Below, one piece after another: positions 1-8,799 of a stretch of DNA of 64,000 nt (positions within the stretch are counted from its first letter, which is position 1; the number at the start of each line of letters is the position of its first letter). Below the pieces are notes generated by a model that had not been told where the DNA came from, did no database searches, and was given only the letters and a program-made list of their open reading frames with translations. This DNA is from an uncultured Polyangiales bacterium (GTDB lineage Bacteria > Myxococcota_A > Polyangia > Polyangiales > DASUME01). The position numbers and the translations under genes were made by a program. The DNA lies in the NCBI GenBank assembly GCA_964515685.1, contig CAZEWA010000002.1, positions 7,932 through 71,931 of the forward strand, written 5' to 3'.

Positions 1-689
1 TCGATCTCGGCGTTTGCGATGTAGACCCGAGCTACGTCGATGAACTCCGAGATGACCTCCGTGCCTGCCATGAGGCAGGTGTCGAACGCGAAGACGTCGA
101 GTGGCTCTTTTATGGCCGCCGATGCAAGCCCGTCGCGTATGGCTTGGGCCACGGTCCCCGCTGCCATGGGACTTATCTCGCGGGCAGTACCGTCTTGCGT
201 ATCGCCGCCAAAGCCGCCGTTCCACGCGCCGCCATGATCCCAAAGTACGAGCGCCCGGTGCTTGGAGGGAAAGCGCGTGAACGCTTCTGCCACCGCGGCA
301 CTCAGGACTTTGGGGTCGTCGAAGTTTTGCTCTTCGTCTTCTGAAATCGCAGCGGGCTCTGCTCCTCCGCCTTCAATCTGCAACCAGTGGGCGCCCGTCG
401 GAAAGGCCTCGTTCGTGCCGACGATCGTCTGCGTGGCGTCGAAGTCGGCCAGCACAACGACGTGCACATTGCCGCTAAGTTGGGCTTCGGCCATCTCGGC
501 GATGTCGCGTACCAGGCTGTTCGACAGGTTGTGATCGCCGTGTCCGTAAACGAAGAACGTCCAGTCGCGTACCTCGGCGGGCTCTGGCTCGGCGCTCGTG
601 CCGGCGTCCTTCGGGCCGCCTCCGCCGTCGTCGCAGCCCGCTGCACACAGGAGCCCGGCACCCAGCACCCAAAGACTGATTCGTCCCAT
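1..689 (-). CDS. Clostripain-like (peptidase family C11) cysteine peptidase lipoprotein; N-terminal part only, gene runs off the left edge
   Basis: Absent from the ORF track because there is no stop in the window. Reverse translation from ATG (689-687) gives MGRISLWVLGAGLLCAAGC (signal peptide + lipobox), then ...RALVLWDHGGAWNGGFGGD... and ...DVFAFDTCLMAGTEV..., the His-Gly and Asp-x-Cys catalytic contexts typical of C11 peptidases. Confidence 0.65.
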   Translation of the reverse strand, partial: MGRISLWVLGAGLLCAAGCDDGGGGPKDAGTSAEPEPAEVRDWTFFVYGHGDHNLSNSLVRDIAEMAEAQLSGNVHVVVLADFDATQTIVGTNEAFPTGAHWLQIEGGGAEPAAISEDEEQNFDDPKVLSAAVAEAFTRFPSKHRALVLWDHGGAWNGGFGGDTQDGTAREISPMAAGTVAQAIRDGLASAAIKEPLDVFAFDTCLMAGTEVISEFIDVARVYIANAEI

Positions 690-807
690 GCATCCACCTT
701 TGGCGCAGTGTACGGGCTAACCGCTTCGTACCTACCCGGCGACGGAGCTTATGCGAGGCGCGATTTTCGTGCGAGGCGAGGCGAGAAAAATGCGTCGCGG
801 AAACCGC

Positions 808-1590
808 TCAGGGGAAGCGGAAGCCGAAGCTTGTGTCCCAGGTGCGCCCCGCTCCAAAAGTGAGGGAGGGCGTGGTGCGGAAAGACTGCCCGGTCAGCGG
901 ATCCGTGACGGTGTACGCCTTGCCCGCGTAACCCGTGGCACCTGCGCCGAATGCGAACTCGAAAACGAACGCGAGATTATTTGCCGCGTACCAGGTGGCT
1001 CGAAGTGGAATGCGTCCGTAGAGGTCGGCTCCGTAGTCCCAGGTGTCTGTAATGAGCCACGCGCCCTTGAGACCTAGACCGAATCCTACGTAGAGCGAAT
1101 CGAGTATGTGAATGTCGAACTTGGGGCCGAAGTAGGCGCCGTAGGCCTTGGCGCTGCCTGCGATGGCGAGGTAGGGCTCGATGTCCCAACCAAAACCATC
1201 GCCCCCAAGACTCAGCTGGAGCGCGATCTTCAAGCCGTAGCGGCCATCGGTTTTGCAGCGCTCATGGATGACCGAGCATGAACCCCCGCGGTCGAATCCG
1301 TACTGCGCACGCTGTTCGTCGGGTAGCACCGAAGCCGCCGCCGCAAGCCCCCCGTTGTAGGCAGGGTTGGGCAGGTTGCTGCTGCGGATGCCCGCATATC
1401 CGATCTTGAGCGTGAGGCCGAGCCATCCCATGGGATCTGCGTCGCGCTTTGCCGGCTTATCTTCGTCCGGCGAAGGCGAGGACGGCTCTGCTGCCTGGGT
1501 GGGCTGTGGCGAGGATTCCGTTGCCTGCGCGGACACGAGACTTGTGGGCGCGAGCACGAGGATGGAGTAGAGAAGTGCGCGACAAAACAT
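808..1590 (-). CDS. Secreted beta-barrel outer-membrane protein, hypothetical
   Basis: ORF 808..1662. The internal ATG at 1590 gives signal peptide MFCRALLYSILVLAPTSLVSAQA. Gly/Tyr/Phe-rich alternating segments; aromatic C-terminal strand ...TSFGFRFP. Confidence 0.6.
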   Translation of the reverse strand: MFCRALLYSILVLAPTSLVSAQATESSPQPTQAAEPSSPSPDEDKPAKRDADPMGWLGLTLKIGYAGIRSSNLPNPAYNGGLAAAASVLPDEQRAQYGFDRGGSCSVIHERCKTDGRYGLKIALQLSLGGDGFGWDIEPYLAIAGSAKAYGAYFGPKFDIHILDSLYVGFGLGLKGAWLITDTWDYGADLYGRIPLRATWYAANNLAFVFEFAFGAGATGYAGKAYTVTDPLTGQSFRTTPSLTFGAGRTWDTSFGFRFP

Positions 1591-1721
1591 GGGCCCATTT
1601 GTACCACGATAGGGCGTGCGCATAGCCGTGGTTGCGTGTGCCGTCTCGCACTTCGCTCCCACGCTTCACTACCGGTGGGCCATACTTTTAAAGCGTGGTC
1701 GCGCGCCTGGGTAGTAGAGGT

Positions 1722-1997
1722 TCAGCCCTGCGCGGGCGGCATGGCTTCCGGTTTCGCGCGCCGCCTGCGTACGAACCAGGCCGCCGAGGGAAAGAGCAGT
1801 GCGCCCACGCCTGCGCCCCAGAGCTGGGTGCGGACGAGGAGCGAGGCAGTATTGCTGACGAGTTCGGTGCACTGACACATGGCGTCCTTGGCGCCGGTCG
1901 ATGCGAGCAACGTCTCAAGGACGATTGGGGCTACGAGTGTGGCGACGACCGCGCCGAGAAGAGCGCCCGCAGCGAGCCAGGACAGATACCAACGCAT
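1722..1997 (-). CDS. Small membrane protein, hypothetical
   Basis: ORF 1722..2057. The Met at 1997 gives MRWYLSWLAAGALLGAVVATLVAPIVL. A second hydrophobic stretch LWGAGVGALLFPSAAWF is followed by RRRRAK. Confidence 0.4.
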   Translation of the reverse strand: MRWYLSWLAAGALLGAVVATLVAPIVLETLLASTGAKDAMCQCTELVSNTASLLVRTQLWGAGVGALLFPSAAWFVRRRRAKPEAMPPAQG

Positions 1998-2138
1998 GAA
2001 AATGACCTCGAGGCTTAATTGCGCGCCAAAGATGCCGTCACGCGTCCTGTGAAGCAAATCGGTGGCGTGAAACCCCTATTCCGTGCGGGCGGGGCGCAGA
2101 CAGGGGGTGGCCGTCTGCCGCCGCGCACCAGATCTGAT

Positions 2139-2645
2139 ATGGTCCCGCGCGCCATGCCGCAACGCTCGCTACCACTAGGCTTATCGACGGCTGTCATTCT
2201 GGCCCTGGGCGTGCGCTTTTTGACGGTGTTTGAGCGACTGCCGAATGTGGTGGGCTCGCATTTCAATTTTTCCGGTGAAGCAGACAGCTTTCAAGACAAA
2301 GCGACCTTCGTCAGTGTGAGTCTCGCGCTGCACGTCGCGCTGCTGTTGATGTTCGCGTACATGCCTGCCCTCCTGCGGCGCACGCCAAAGTCTTTCATCA
2401 ACCTTCCGCGCCGTGATTACTGGCTTGCCCCGGAGCGCGCTGAAGAGAGCTTCACGCGAATGACGCCGTTCCTCGATTGGCTTGGTGTCACGACCCTGAC
2501 GTTCACCGCGGCTGTGACCGAGCTTGCGGTACGCGCCAACTTGCGCTCCGAAGGCCTGGAAAATGAGGCCGCGCTCGTTTTGATCGGCGGCTATGTCGTC
2601 GTGGTCGGAATCTGGACTGTGCGCCTGCGGCGGATTTTTCACTAA
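2139..2645 (+). CDS. DUF1648-like (SdpI-type N-terminal domain) membrane protein
   Basis: ORF 2019..2645; start chosen at MVPRAMPQ. Motif LPNVVGSHFNFSGEADSFQDK after the first TM helix, with three further hydrophobic helices. Confidence 0.55.
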   Translation: MVPRAMPQRSLPLGLSTAVILALGVRFLTVFERLPNVVGSHFNFSGEADSFQDKATFVSVSLALHVALLLMFAYMPALLRRTPKSFINLPRRDYWLAPERAEESFTRMTPFLDWLGVTTLTFTAAVTELAVRANLRSEGLENEAALVLIGGYVVVVGIWTVRLRRIFH

Positions 2646-2773
2646 ATTATTCGCAAAAACTCGCTCTTTCGCAACGCTGTGTGATGTGAAACACACATCG
2701 CGGGAAGACCGTGAGACGCAAATGCGTATTCGAGCTGCGGGTTGCTGCAGAGCGCTCAGTGTGGAGGTAAGGC

Positions 2774-5700
2774 GTGCTGAAAATGACATGGGGACGCTCG
2801 GCTTTCTGGCTCTGCTTCTCACTTTGTGTGGCCTGCGGTGGATCTTCCCCTTCGGAGGGGCCGAGGGAGTCGCCTGACGCCTCGGACATCGTCGCAGATG
2901 CGGAGCTGCCCGAAGATGCGGCCGAGCCGCCCGAAGAGGTCGACGCCGAAGTGCTGCGGCCCTTCGATGCCTGGCGGGAAGCGCGCGATGTACTGCGTAA
3001 AAGTCCCGATCATCTGCTCGCGCAAGCAGAACGTGTAGTCGCGCTCAAAGACCCGAAGCGAATCTTTGAGTTCGTGCGTGATTCGATTCTTACGTATCCG
3101 TCGGCGGAAGATGGCTTTGCTTCCGCCGTCGCGGCTCAGCGTTGGGGTGCACAGGGTACCTTGCGAGGCGGAGCCGGAACGCCTCGAGAAAAAGCCGAGC
3201 TTCTGGTCTCGCTCTATGTCCAAGCGGGCTTTCAGGCGGAGGTGGTGCAGGGCAGAGCGGACCCCGCGCGCCTCGATGGCAAGCAAGTTTTGTTGCGCGT
3301 GATCGAGCGCGCATACGAGGTGGAGTTTTCCGAGGAGCAGCTCGCTCGCTTCAGGCAAGCGTTGGGGGAGAAGCCAGCTCGCTCGCTTGCGCCCATCGAT
3401 CCGAACGGAGCTGAGGCAGACGCGCTTGCGGCGTCTCTGCGTGCTCAGCTTTCAGAAACGCTCGAAGCGCCGTTCGACTTTACGCTCGATGCGATACCGC
3501 TCGTGCGGGTCAAAGTGGACAACGCGTGGGTTTTCGCCAATCCGATTGCACCCGATGCCGATTTCGGTGATTCCGTGACGCTCGCCACGCCTACGCCCAC
3601 CTCGGGGGCCTACGCCACGCAGCGCGTGCGTGTGCGTGTTGAGGCTGCGCGCGCGGACAAGCCCTTCGAACGCTTTGCGCTCGTTGAACGCGAGTACACC
3701 GCAGAAGAGGTCGTCGGACGACGCATTCACCTCACGTTTGCTCCGCCGGTACGCACCGAGAAACTTGTGCGTATGCGGGCCGAGGACGTCGAGACCTTTG
3801 CACCTGTGCTGAGCGTGGCGTCTCCGGGCATGAGCCAAGAAGATCGCGACGTACTCGCAAAAGTGGGTGATGTATTCACTTTAGGTGGCGATCGGTTTAG
3901 CGTGGATGGCGCTGGAAACCTGACGATCAACGGGCAGATCGTGCAACCAGGCAGCAGTGACGCGGAGCATGTCGCGCGCGTGCACACACTGGACGCCGGG
4001 GCGCAGCCTGCGGCGTTTCCTCGGGTCAGCTTGCGCGTCAAAGCGCTCGATGCGGACGGAACAGGCGTCGCCGGACTTGGGGCCGACGCATTCAAACTCG
4101 AAGAAGAGGGCCGCGCTCTTTCCTTTACCCTGACGGAAAATAAAGCGCCGCCGCCACGCGTTGTGCTGCTGTTCGATGTGTCGACGAGTGTGCCAACGGA
4201 CTTCCGAGGCGCAGGCGCCGTAAGTGTCGCCGACCAGATCATCGAGCCGCTCTATGCGGCCTATCCCGATGCGCAAGTGCGCGTGGGCGTCGTCACTGTG
4301 GGTATGCCGAGTTTCTTCGGTACAGGTTGGGCCACGAGTGCGGTTTTGGCCAAGGCCCAGGCCGCACAGCTTGCGACAGCCGCGGGAGGGTCGATGCTGT
4401 GGCAGGCCCTGCAAAAAGCCGCCGAGCTGAACCCGACGCTGACCGTGGTTGTCACGGATGCCGATGCCACGGACGAGCCCATTCCCGCCTATCGCAACGC
4501 GATTGTGGCAGGTCCACCTGTGCTCGCGCTCGGAGTCGGGCCTGTGAAAACGGAGACGCTGTCTGCCTTCGCGGCGCTTTCCGCAGGCCAGAGCTTTTCC
4601 GTCGCTCTGCAAAGCGAAGTTGTGGATTCCGTGCGTGCCATGATCGGTGAGCGCGCGACGCAAGATTACGCCTTGCAGTTCACGGCACCGCTCGAAGGTC
4701 CCGCGGTGCGACGCGTGAAGGTCACGCTCAACGGCAAGGAAGCGACCGTCAGCTATCAGGTTCCCACGTATCCCGCGACGCCGCGTGCGCTATCTGGACT
4801 GTACCTGACGCTCTCTGTCGGAGGGCGCCAAAGCACGCGCGCCCTTGCCGGTGTCGCACAAACCTACGCAACCCCCGGGATCGAGGTTACTCAGGCAGAA
4901 CTCGACGACGTGCGCGCGCTCTTGCTAGGACGCGTCTCGATCGCAGTGGAGGCCGCCGCGCCGCCGCCTTCGGTGGTACTCGATGAATGGCTCTCGGAGA
5001 AGCTCGAGTTTGAGCCGCTGTGGAACGCAATCGCCACGGGCGATGAGGCAATCATCCTTGAAGCGCTGAAATTAGGCACCAACCTTACTCCCGCCAAGCT
5101 TCCGCTCGCTCAGCCTCCTTTGCTTGACTCCAACACGGAACAAGCACTCACGTTCGAGACAAGCTTGCGCGTGGCAGCACTGGTACAAAAGGTGCGCGCT
5201 GGTGGGACGTTTTCTCGGCAACTCGACCTCTTTCCACTCACGCGCTTCCGCACCGCAGCCGAAGACCCAAGGCAAGCATGGGAGCGCACGCTGCGCGCTA
5301 CGTCGGCGCTTGCGGTAAGCGAGGCCGGATTGATGACGGGCCCAAGCACTCTCGAGGCACTCGCGTCTGTTGCACTTACATCGTTGCCCGCGGGACAGGC
5401 GCGCGCGCAAGCCGGGCTGAGTGACGGCGAACGTGCAGAGTGGGCTTTGCTCGAGAGCCCGTTCAGCAGCGCCGAATACCAGCTCCTTGTGCCACTCAAG
5501 CCCGGGCCATTCTGGGCTGTGCACAAGCCTTCGGGCTCTCTCATCGGCGTTCTGGCGGACGGTAGCGGCGGCGCTTCCGAGAGCATCTGCGCGAACTACA
5601 ATCTCGCCAATTCGCTGCTGCAGCTTGCGAGCTTGGTGGGCGGCCTATTCGGCGCATCCGTCGGAGGTTGGGTTGCGCTCGCGCAGTGGGAAGTGAAGAT

Positions 5701-5920
5701 GGTAACCATGGCCACGCTGGTCATCGCGGGAGCGGGTGATGCCACTCCTATCTCCAATCCTGCACTCGACATGGGCTGCGGCATTCTCGACGATGCCATC
5801 GGGGATCTGATTCCGGGCTACGGACTCTACGGTTCGATCGTAGACACGCTTGAGACGTCGGGGGCAGACACAGGGCTGCCCACGCTGTGCGGCGGTGGCG
5901 ACGACGACGTCTGTTCCTGA
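2774..5920 (+). CDS. Large secreted lipoprotein with a von Willebrand factor A (vWA) domain and a C-terminal glycine-zipper segment
   Basis: GTG start 6 nt after GGAGG (2763-2767). Signal peptide + lipobox WLCFSLCVACGG. MIDAS-like PRVVLLFDVSTSVP and downstream TLTVVVTDADATDE. N-terminal region GGAGTPREKAELLVSLYVQAGFQAEVVQG resembles a transglutaminase-like core without the Cys. C-terminal LVGGLFGASVGGWVALAQW...TLVIAGAG. Confidence 0.75.
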   Translation: MLKMTWGRSAFWLCFSLCVACGGSSPSEGPRESPDASDIVADAELPEDAAEPPEEVDAEVLRPFDAWREARDVLRKSPDHLLAQAERVVALKDPKRIFEFVRDSILTYPSAEDGFASAVAAQRWGAQGTLRGGAGTPREKAELLVSLYVQAGFQAEVVQGRADPARLDGKQVLLRVIERAYEVEFSEEQLARFRQALGEKPARSLAPIDPNGAEADALAASLRAQLSETLEAPFDFTLDAIPLVRVKVDNAWVFANPIAPDADFGDSVTLATPTPTSGAYATQRVRVRVEAARADKPFERFALVEREYTAEEVVGRRIHLTFAPPVRTEKLVRMRAEDVETFAPVLSVASPGMSQEDRDVLAKVGDVFTLGGDRFSVDGAGNLTINGQIVQPGSSDAEHVARVHTLDAGAQPAAFPRVSLRVKALDADGTGVAGLGADAFKLEEEGRALSFTLTENKAPPPRVVLLFDVSTSVPTDFRGAGAVSVADQIIEPLYAAYPDAQVRVGVVTVGMPSFFGTGWATSAVLAKAQAAQLATAAGGSMLWQALQKAAELNPTLTVVVTDADATDEPIPAYRNAIVAGPPVLALGVGPVKTETLSAFAALSAGQSFSVALQSEVVDSVRAMIGERATQDYALQFTAPLEGPAVRRVKVTLNGKEATVSYQVPTYPATPRALSGLYLTLSVGGRQSTRALAGVAQTYATPGIEVTQAELDDVRALLLGRVSIAVEAAAPPPSVVLDEWLSEKLEFEPLWNAIATGDEAIILEALKLGTNLTPAKLPLAQPPLLDSNTEQALTFETSLRVAALVQKVRAGGTFSRQLDLFPLTRFRTAAEDPRQAWERTLRATSALAVSEAGLMTGPSTLEALASVALTSLPAGQARAQAGLSDGERAEWALLESPFSSAEYQLLVPLKPGPFWAVHKPSGSLIGVLADGSGGASESICANYNLANSLLQLASLVGGLFGASVGGWVALAQWEVKMVTMATLVIAGAGDATPISNPALDMGCGILDDAIGDLIPGYGLYGSIVDTLETSGADTGLPTLCGGGDDDVCS

Positions 5921-5964
5921 GTCTCTTTCCGTGCTGCTTTCTGCCGTCCTAGGCTTGAGAGATC

Positions 5965-5992
5965 GGGCATCCGAATGTTGGTATGGATGCCC
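5965..5992 (+). terminator. GC-rich hairpin downstream of the vWA gene (candidate terminator, no U-tract)
   Basis: Perfect 8-bp stem GGGCATCC (5965-5972) / GGATGCCC (5985-5992) with a 12-nt loop, 45 nt after the stop at 5920. Confidence 0.3.
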
Positions 5993-6087
5993 GCCTGCGC
6001 GCCTACGCACCAGCTGAGCATTCGCGGTATTTGCCTCCGTAGACGTTCGTTCCCCTTGGATGTTATCGATCGCCGCAGGGGGAAGCG

Positions 6088-7506
6088 ATGCGACCAACGG
6101 CCTCGGTGTGTCTTGCACTCGTAGTGGTCGTGGGGGCAGGGTGTCCGAAGCAGGGAGAGGAGCGAGGAGCTCGCGAATCTTCGCTTCTACCCGACGGATC
6201 CGTCGTCGACTCTTCGGTCCCTGGCGACGGCGGTGACGCTGCAACGGGGAGCACGAAGCTTCCCTGTGATGTGCAGGCGGTGGTGCAGGCGCGCTGCGCG
6301 CATTGCCACGGTGCGGAGCCAGAGGCCGGGGCGCCTATGCCGCTCGTGACGCGAGAAGACTTCCTCGCGCGCTCTGCACTGAGTGGCGAGGCGTATTACC
6401 ACGTCGCGCTTTTACGCCTGCAGGATGAGCGGAACCCCATGCCGCCTACGAGCCAGCTCGCGCTCAGCGCCCACGAGCATGAGACGCTTGCGCGCTGGCT
6501 GAGCGCAGGTGTTCCTGCTGAGTCGAGTTTGAACTGTGATGGCAGCGAGCATGGGGCGGATGCTGGCAACACGGATGCAGGCGGCGACGATGCCCACGCT
6601 TTCGTCGAGAAGGTGCAGTTCGACTACGACCCCATTTCCGCCGCAGACTGCGATGCAGATTTCGAGTTGCGTGCCTCAGACCCGACAGACTCACGGCTTG
6701 GATTTCCTGTTGGTGGCGCCCGAAACTCGCTCGACTGCTTTGTTTTCGAAGTGCCCTTCGAAGGCAAGGCTCACGGGCTGAAGTTCACTCCCCTCATCGA
6801 CAACAAGCGCGTGCTGCACCACTGGCTGCTCTACGCTGAGGCGGGGTCGAGCGGTGCGGACGCACACTATCGCTGCACGGGGGCCCATCCCGATGCTGAG
6901 CTTATTGCGGGGTGGGCCCCTGGCATGGAAGGAATGCGTGCGCCGAAGGGGGTGGGGCTGCGACTTCCCGAGAAGTCACAAGCCCATTTCGTGCTCGAGA
7001 TTCACTACAACAATCCAACTGACGATGAGACGTTGCGAGACAAAAGCGGCGTGCGCGTGTGTGCCAGCACGCAGCTGAGGCCGGAAGAAGCTGGCATGCA
7101 CTGGTTGGGAAGCGAAAACATCGTGCTCCCACCAGGAGCCGGACGTGCGTCCGGGACGTGCACGGCGCCGCAAGCCGCGATCGTAATCTCGTCCTTTCCA
7201 CACATGCACAAGCTAGGGACGCGCACGACCTTCGAACTCACGCGTGCTGGTCAGACCGTGACTCTGCTCGATAAGCCGTTTCAATTCGAAGATCAGCGCT
7301 CGTACGACACGCCGTATCGCATCGAGGCGGGTGACAAGCTTCGCGTCTCGTGCCGCTATCACAACGACGCAGGACAGGTCGTGTACCACGGCCCAGCGTC
7401 GGAGGATGAGATGTGCTACAATTTCGTGTTGGCATATCCCATGGGAGCGCTGAGCCATGGCGAGTCGACAGCGCAGGCGCGAAGCGTCTGCATCGACCCT
7501 GAGTGA
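6088..7506 (+). CDS. Copper type II monooxygenase-like (PHM/DBH fold) lipoprotein with an N-terminal CxxCH motif
   Basis: ATG preceded by GGGGGAAG. Lipoprotein signal LALVVVVGAGC. CAHCHG at aa 70-75. HH (aa 244-245, VLHHWLLY), H306 (LEIHYNN), HMH (aa 372-374) and M442 (EDEMCYNF) are spaced like the CuH/CuM ligands of peptidylglycine alpha-hydroxylating monooxygenase. Confidence 0.7.
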   Translation: MRPTASVCLALVVVVGAGCPKQGEERGARESSLLPDGSVVDSSVPGDGGDAATGSTKLPCDVQAVVQARCAHCHGAEPEAGAPMPLVTREDFLARSALSGEAYYHVALLRLQDERNPMPPTSQLALSAHEHETLARWLSAGVPAESSLNCDGSEHGADAGNTDAGGDDAHAFVEKVQFDYDPISAADCDADFELRASDPTDSRLGFPVGGARNSLDCFVFEVPFEGKAHGLKFTPLIDNKRVLHHWLLYAEAGSSGADAHYRCTGAHPDAELIAGWAPGMEGMRAPKGVGLRLPEKSQAHFVLEIHYNNPTDDETLRDKSGVRVCASTQLRPEEAGMHWLGSENIVLPPGAGRASGTCTAPQAAIVISSFPHMHKLGTRTTFELTRAGQTVTLLDKPFQFEDQRSYDTPYRIEAGDKLRVSCRYHNDAGQVVYHGPASEDEMCYNFVLAYPMGALSHGESTAQARSVCIDPE

Positions 7507-7521
7507 GTGAAGCTGAGCTTC

Positions 7522-7686
7522 TCAGCTCGGGCGATGGTCGCTCGCTTTGAGTTCGTCGAGAAGTGCCTCGGTGACCGCTTCCAGATTGCGTGCCTTCGCT
7601 TCCTTTTCGGCACGTCCCCTAATGAAGGGGCGAATGAAAAAGGGGGCCTTTTTGAGACGTGCCTCGGCGGCGGGTTCCCAGCGCAT
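7522..7686 (-). CDS. Small stand-alone PCP-reductase-like (protochlorophyllide reductase B C-terminal type) domain protein, 54 aa
   Basis: Below the ORF-track size cutoff. ATG at 7686-7684, TGA at 7524-7522. Translation MRWEPAAEARLKKAPFFIRPFIRGRAEKEAKARNLEAVTEALLDELKASDHRPS matches the W-x-x-eA-x-x-L-kk-iP-FFVR-...-E-k-A pattern of that domain. Confidence 0.5.
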   Translation of the reverse strand: MRWEPAAEARLKKAPFFIRPFIRGRAEKEAKARNLEAVTEALLDELKASDHRPS

Positions 7687-7778
7687 GAGTGAAGACTCCT
7701 GTACGTAAAGAGAGGTCGTTAGCAGTTGTGCAATCGATACGGACCCGAGCCCGTATCGCCTGGCGCGTCACTGGAGGG

Positions 7779-8444
7779 TCAGTTGACGTTGAGCGGGATG
7801 TTGTGTGTCGCGCCCTCGTTGAGGATGATTTGTGACACCGAAATTTCGGCCCGCTGGGATTTCACATTCGCGTCGTAGCGGCCCGGCGAAATGGAAACGT
7901 ATTCCTCCGCGCCGGAGGTGAGCTTGGCCACGGGCGTTCCGTCTTTGCTGAGCGTCACGACGGCGGTGGGATCGAGCTTGCCTCTGAGGTTGACCGACAC
8001 GCGCACGAGCGAGCGCGCAAAGCTCAAGCGCTCCGTCAGCGTCTGTCCGGGTGTGAGGGTCACGTACTGGCGCAGGGTGGGCTTGTCGATGATCGCTTTG
8101 GAGTCGGTGATCTGGGCTTCGATCAGTAACTCGCCCGACTGTACGCTCAGGAGCGCGTTGCCGCGGCCTTGGGCCAACAGCGTGCCATCCTCGGCGAGTA
8201 CCCGTACGTCGATGGGTGTCTCTTGGTTGCCGACTTTGCCGACGACGATGAGCGTAGCGGGTCCGGCTGCGGGTTCCTCGGCCACCTCTTCCGCTGCCTC
8301 TTCCGCGAGCTCTTCGCCTGCTGTGCCTTGCACCTGGGAAGCGCCGCTCGAAGGTTCAGGCGTGGGCGTGCTCTCTGCGGCCGGTTTGGTTCCGCTGCAC
8401 GCCAATAAGGCAAGGCCTAGACCGATGCACGTGATGTGTCGCAT
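7779..8444 (-). CDS. Lipoprotein, hypothetical (acidic linker + beta-rich domain)
   Basis: ATG preceded by GGGAGGG. Signal + lipobox IGLGLALLACSG; acidic EELAEEAAEEVAEE linker. Confidence 0.65.
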   Translation of the reverse strand: MRHITCIGLGLALLACSGTKPAAESTPTPEPSSGASQVQGTAGEELAEEAAEEVAEEPAAGPATLIVVGKVGNQETPIDVRVLAEDGTLLAQGRGNALLSVQSGELLIEAQITDSKAIIDKPTLRQYVTLTPGQTLTERLSFARSLVRVSVNLRGKLDPTAVVTLSKDGTPVAKLTSGAEEYVSISPGRYDANVKSQRAEISVSQIILNEGATHNIPLNVN

Positions 8445-8537
8445 TTCGTTCCCTCCCGCGCCGAGGATAGCCGCGAATGCCAGCTAAGTCAGCGCCTTGG
8501 AGGGATTCGAGCTGCGCCTCGTCGCTTTAGGCTCTAG

Positions 8538-8696
8538 CTACGTGTCCTTTACAGCGCAGTCGCAGTTGGGAGTGCACACGCAGTTCTCGCCGCAGGGGCA
8601 GGCATCACCGCAGCCGCAGCGTGGGGCGGCCTCGGTGGAGCAGCTGCAGGACTTCGGTACGCAATGGGAGCACAGGCATTTTGGGGATTCAGGCAT
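8538..8696 (-). CDS. Cysteine-rich metallothionein-like small protein (52 aa, 13 Cys)
   Basis: Inner ATG of ORF 8538..8792, preceded by AAGGAGAACACG. Product MPESPKCLCSHCVPKSCSCSTEAAPRCGCGDACPCGENCVCTPNCDCAVKDT, with six CxC pairs and a periodic CxCxxxCxCxxxCxCxxxCxC block. Confidence 0.6.
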   Translation of the reverse strand: MPESPKCLCSHCVPKSCSCSTEAAPRCGCGDACPCGENCVCTPNCDCAVKDT

Positions 8697-8761
8697 CGTG
8701 TTCTCCTTGGCAGTGGCTGTTCGTGCTTCACCTTGGAGACGGCACCTAGGCCTTTTGATTA

Positions 8762-8780
8762 CACCAAAAGCGCAGCGAGC
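8762..8780. promoter_or_regulatory. AT-rich palindrome between the TetR gene and the metallothionein-like gene (candidate operator)
   Basis: CTTTTG-ATTACAC-CAAAAG (8762-8780), a 6-bp inverted repeat that stands out in GC-rich surroundings, about 70 nt upstream of the Cys-rich ORF start. Confidence 0.25.
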
Positions 8781-8799
8781 TGCACGCGGCAAGGAATCG

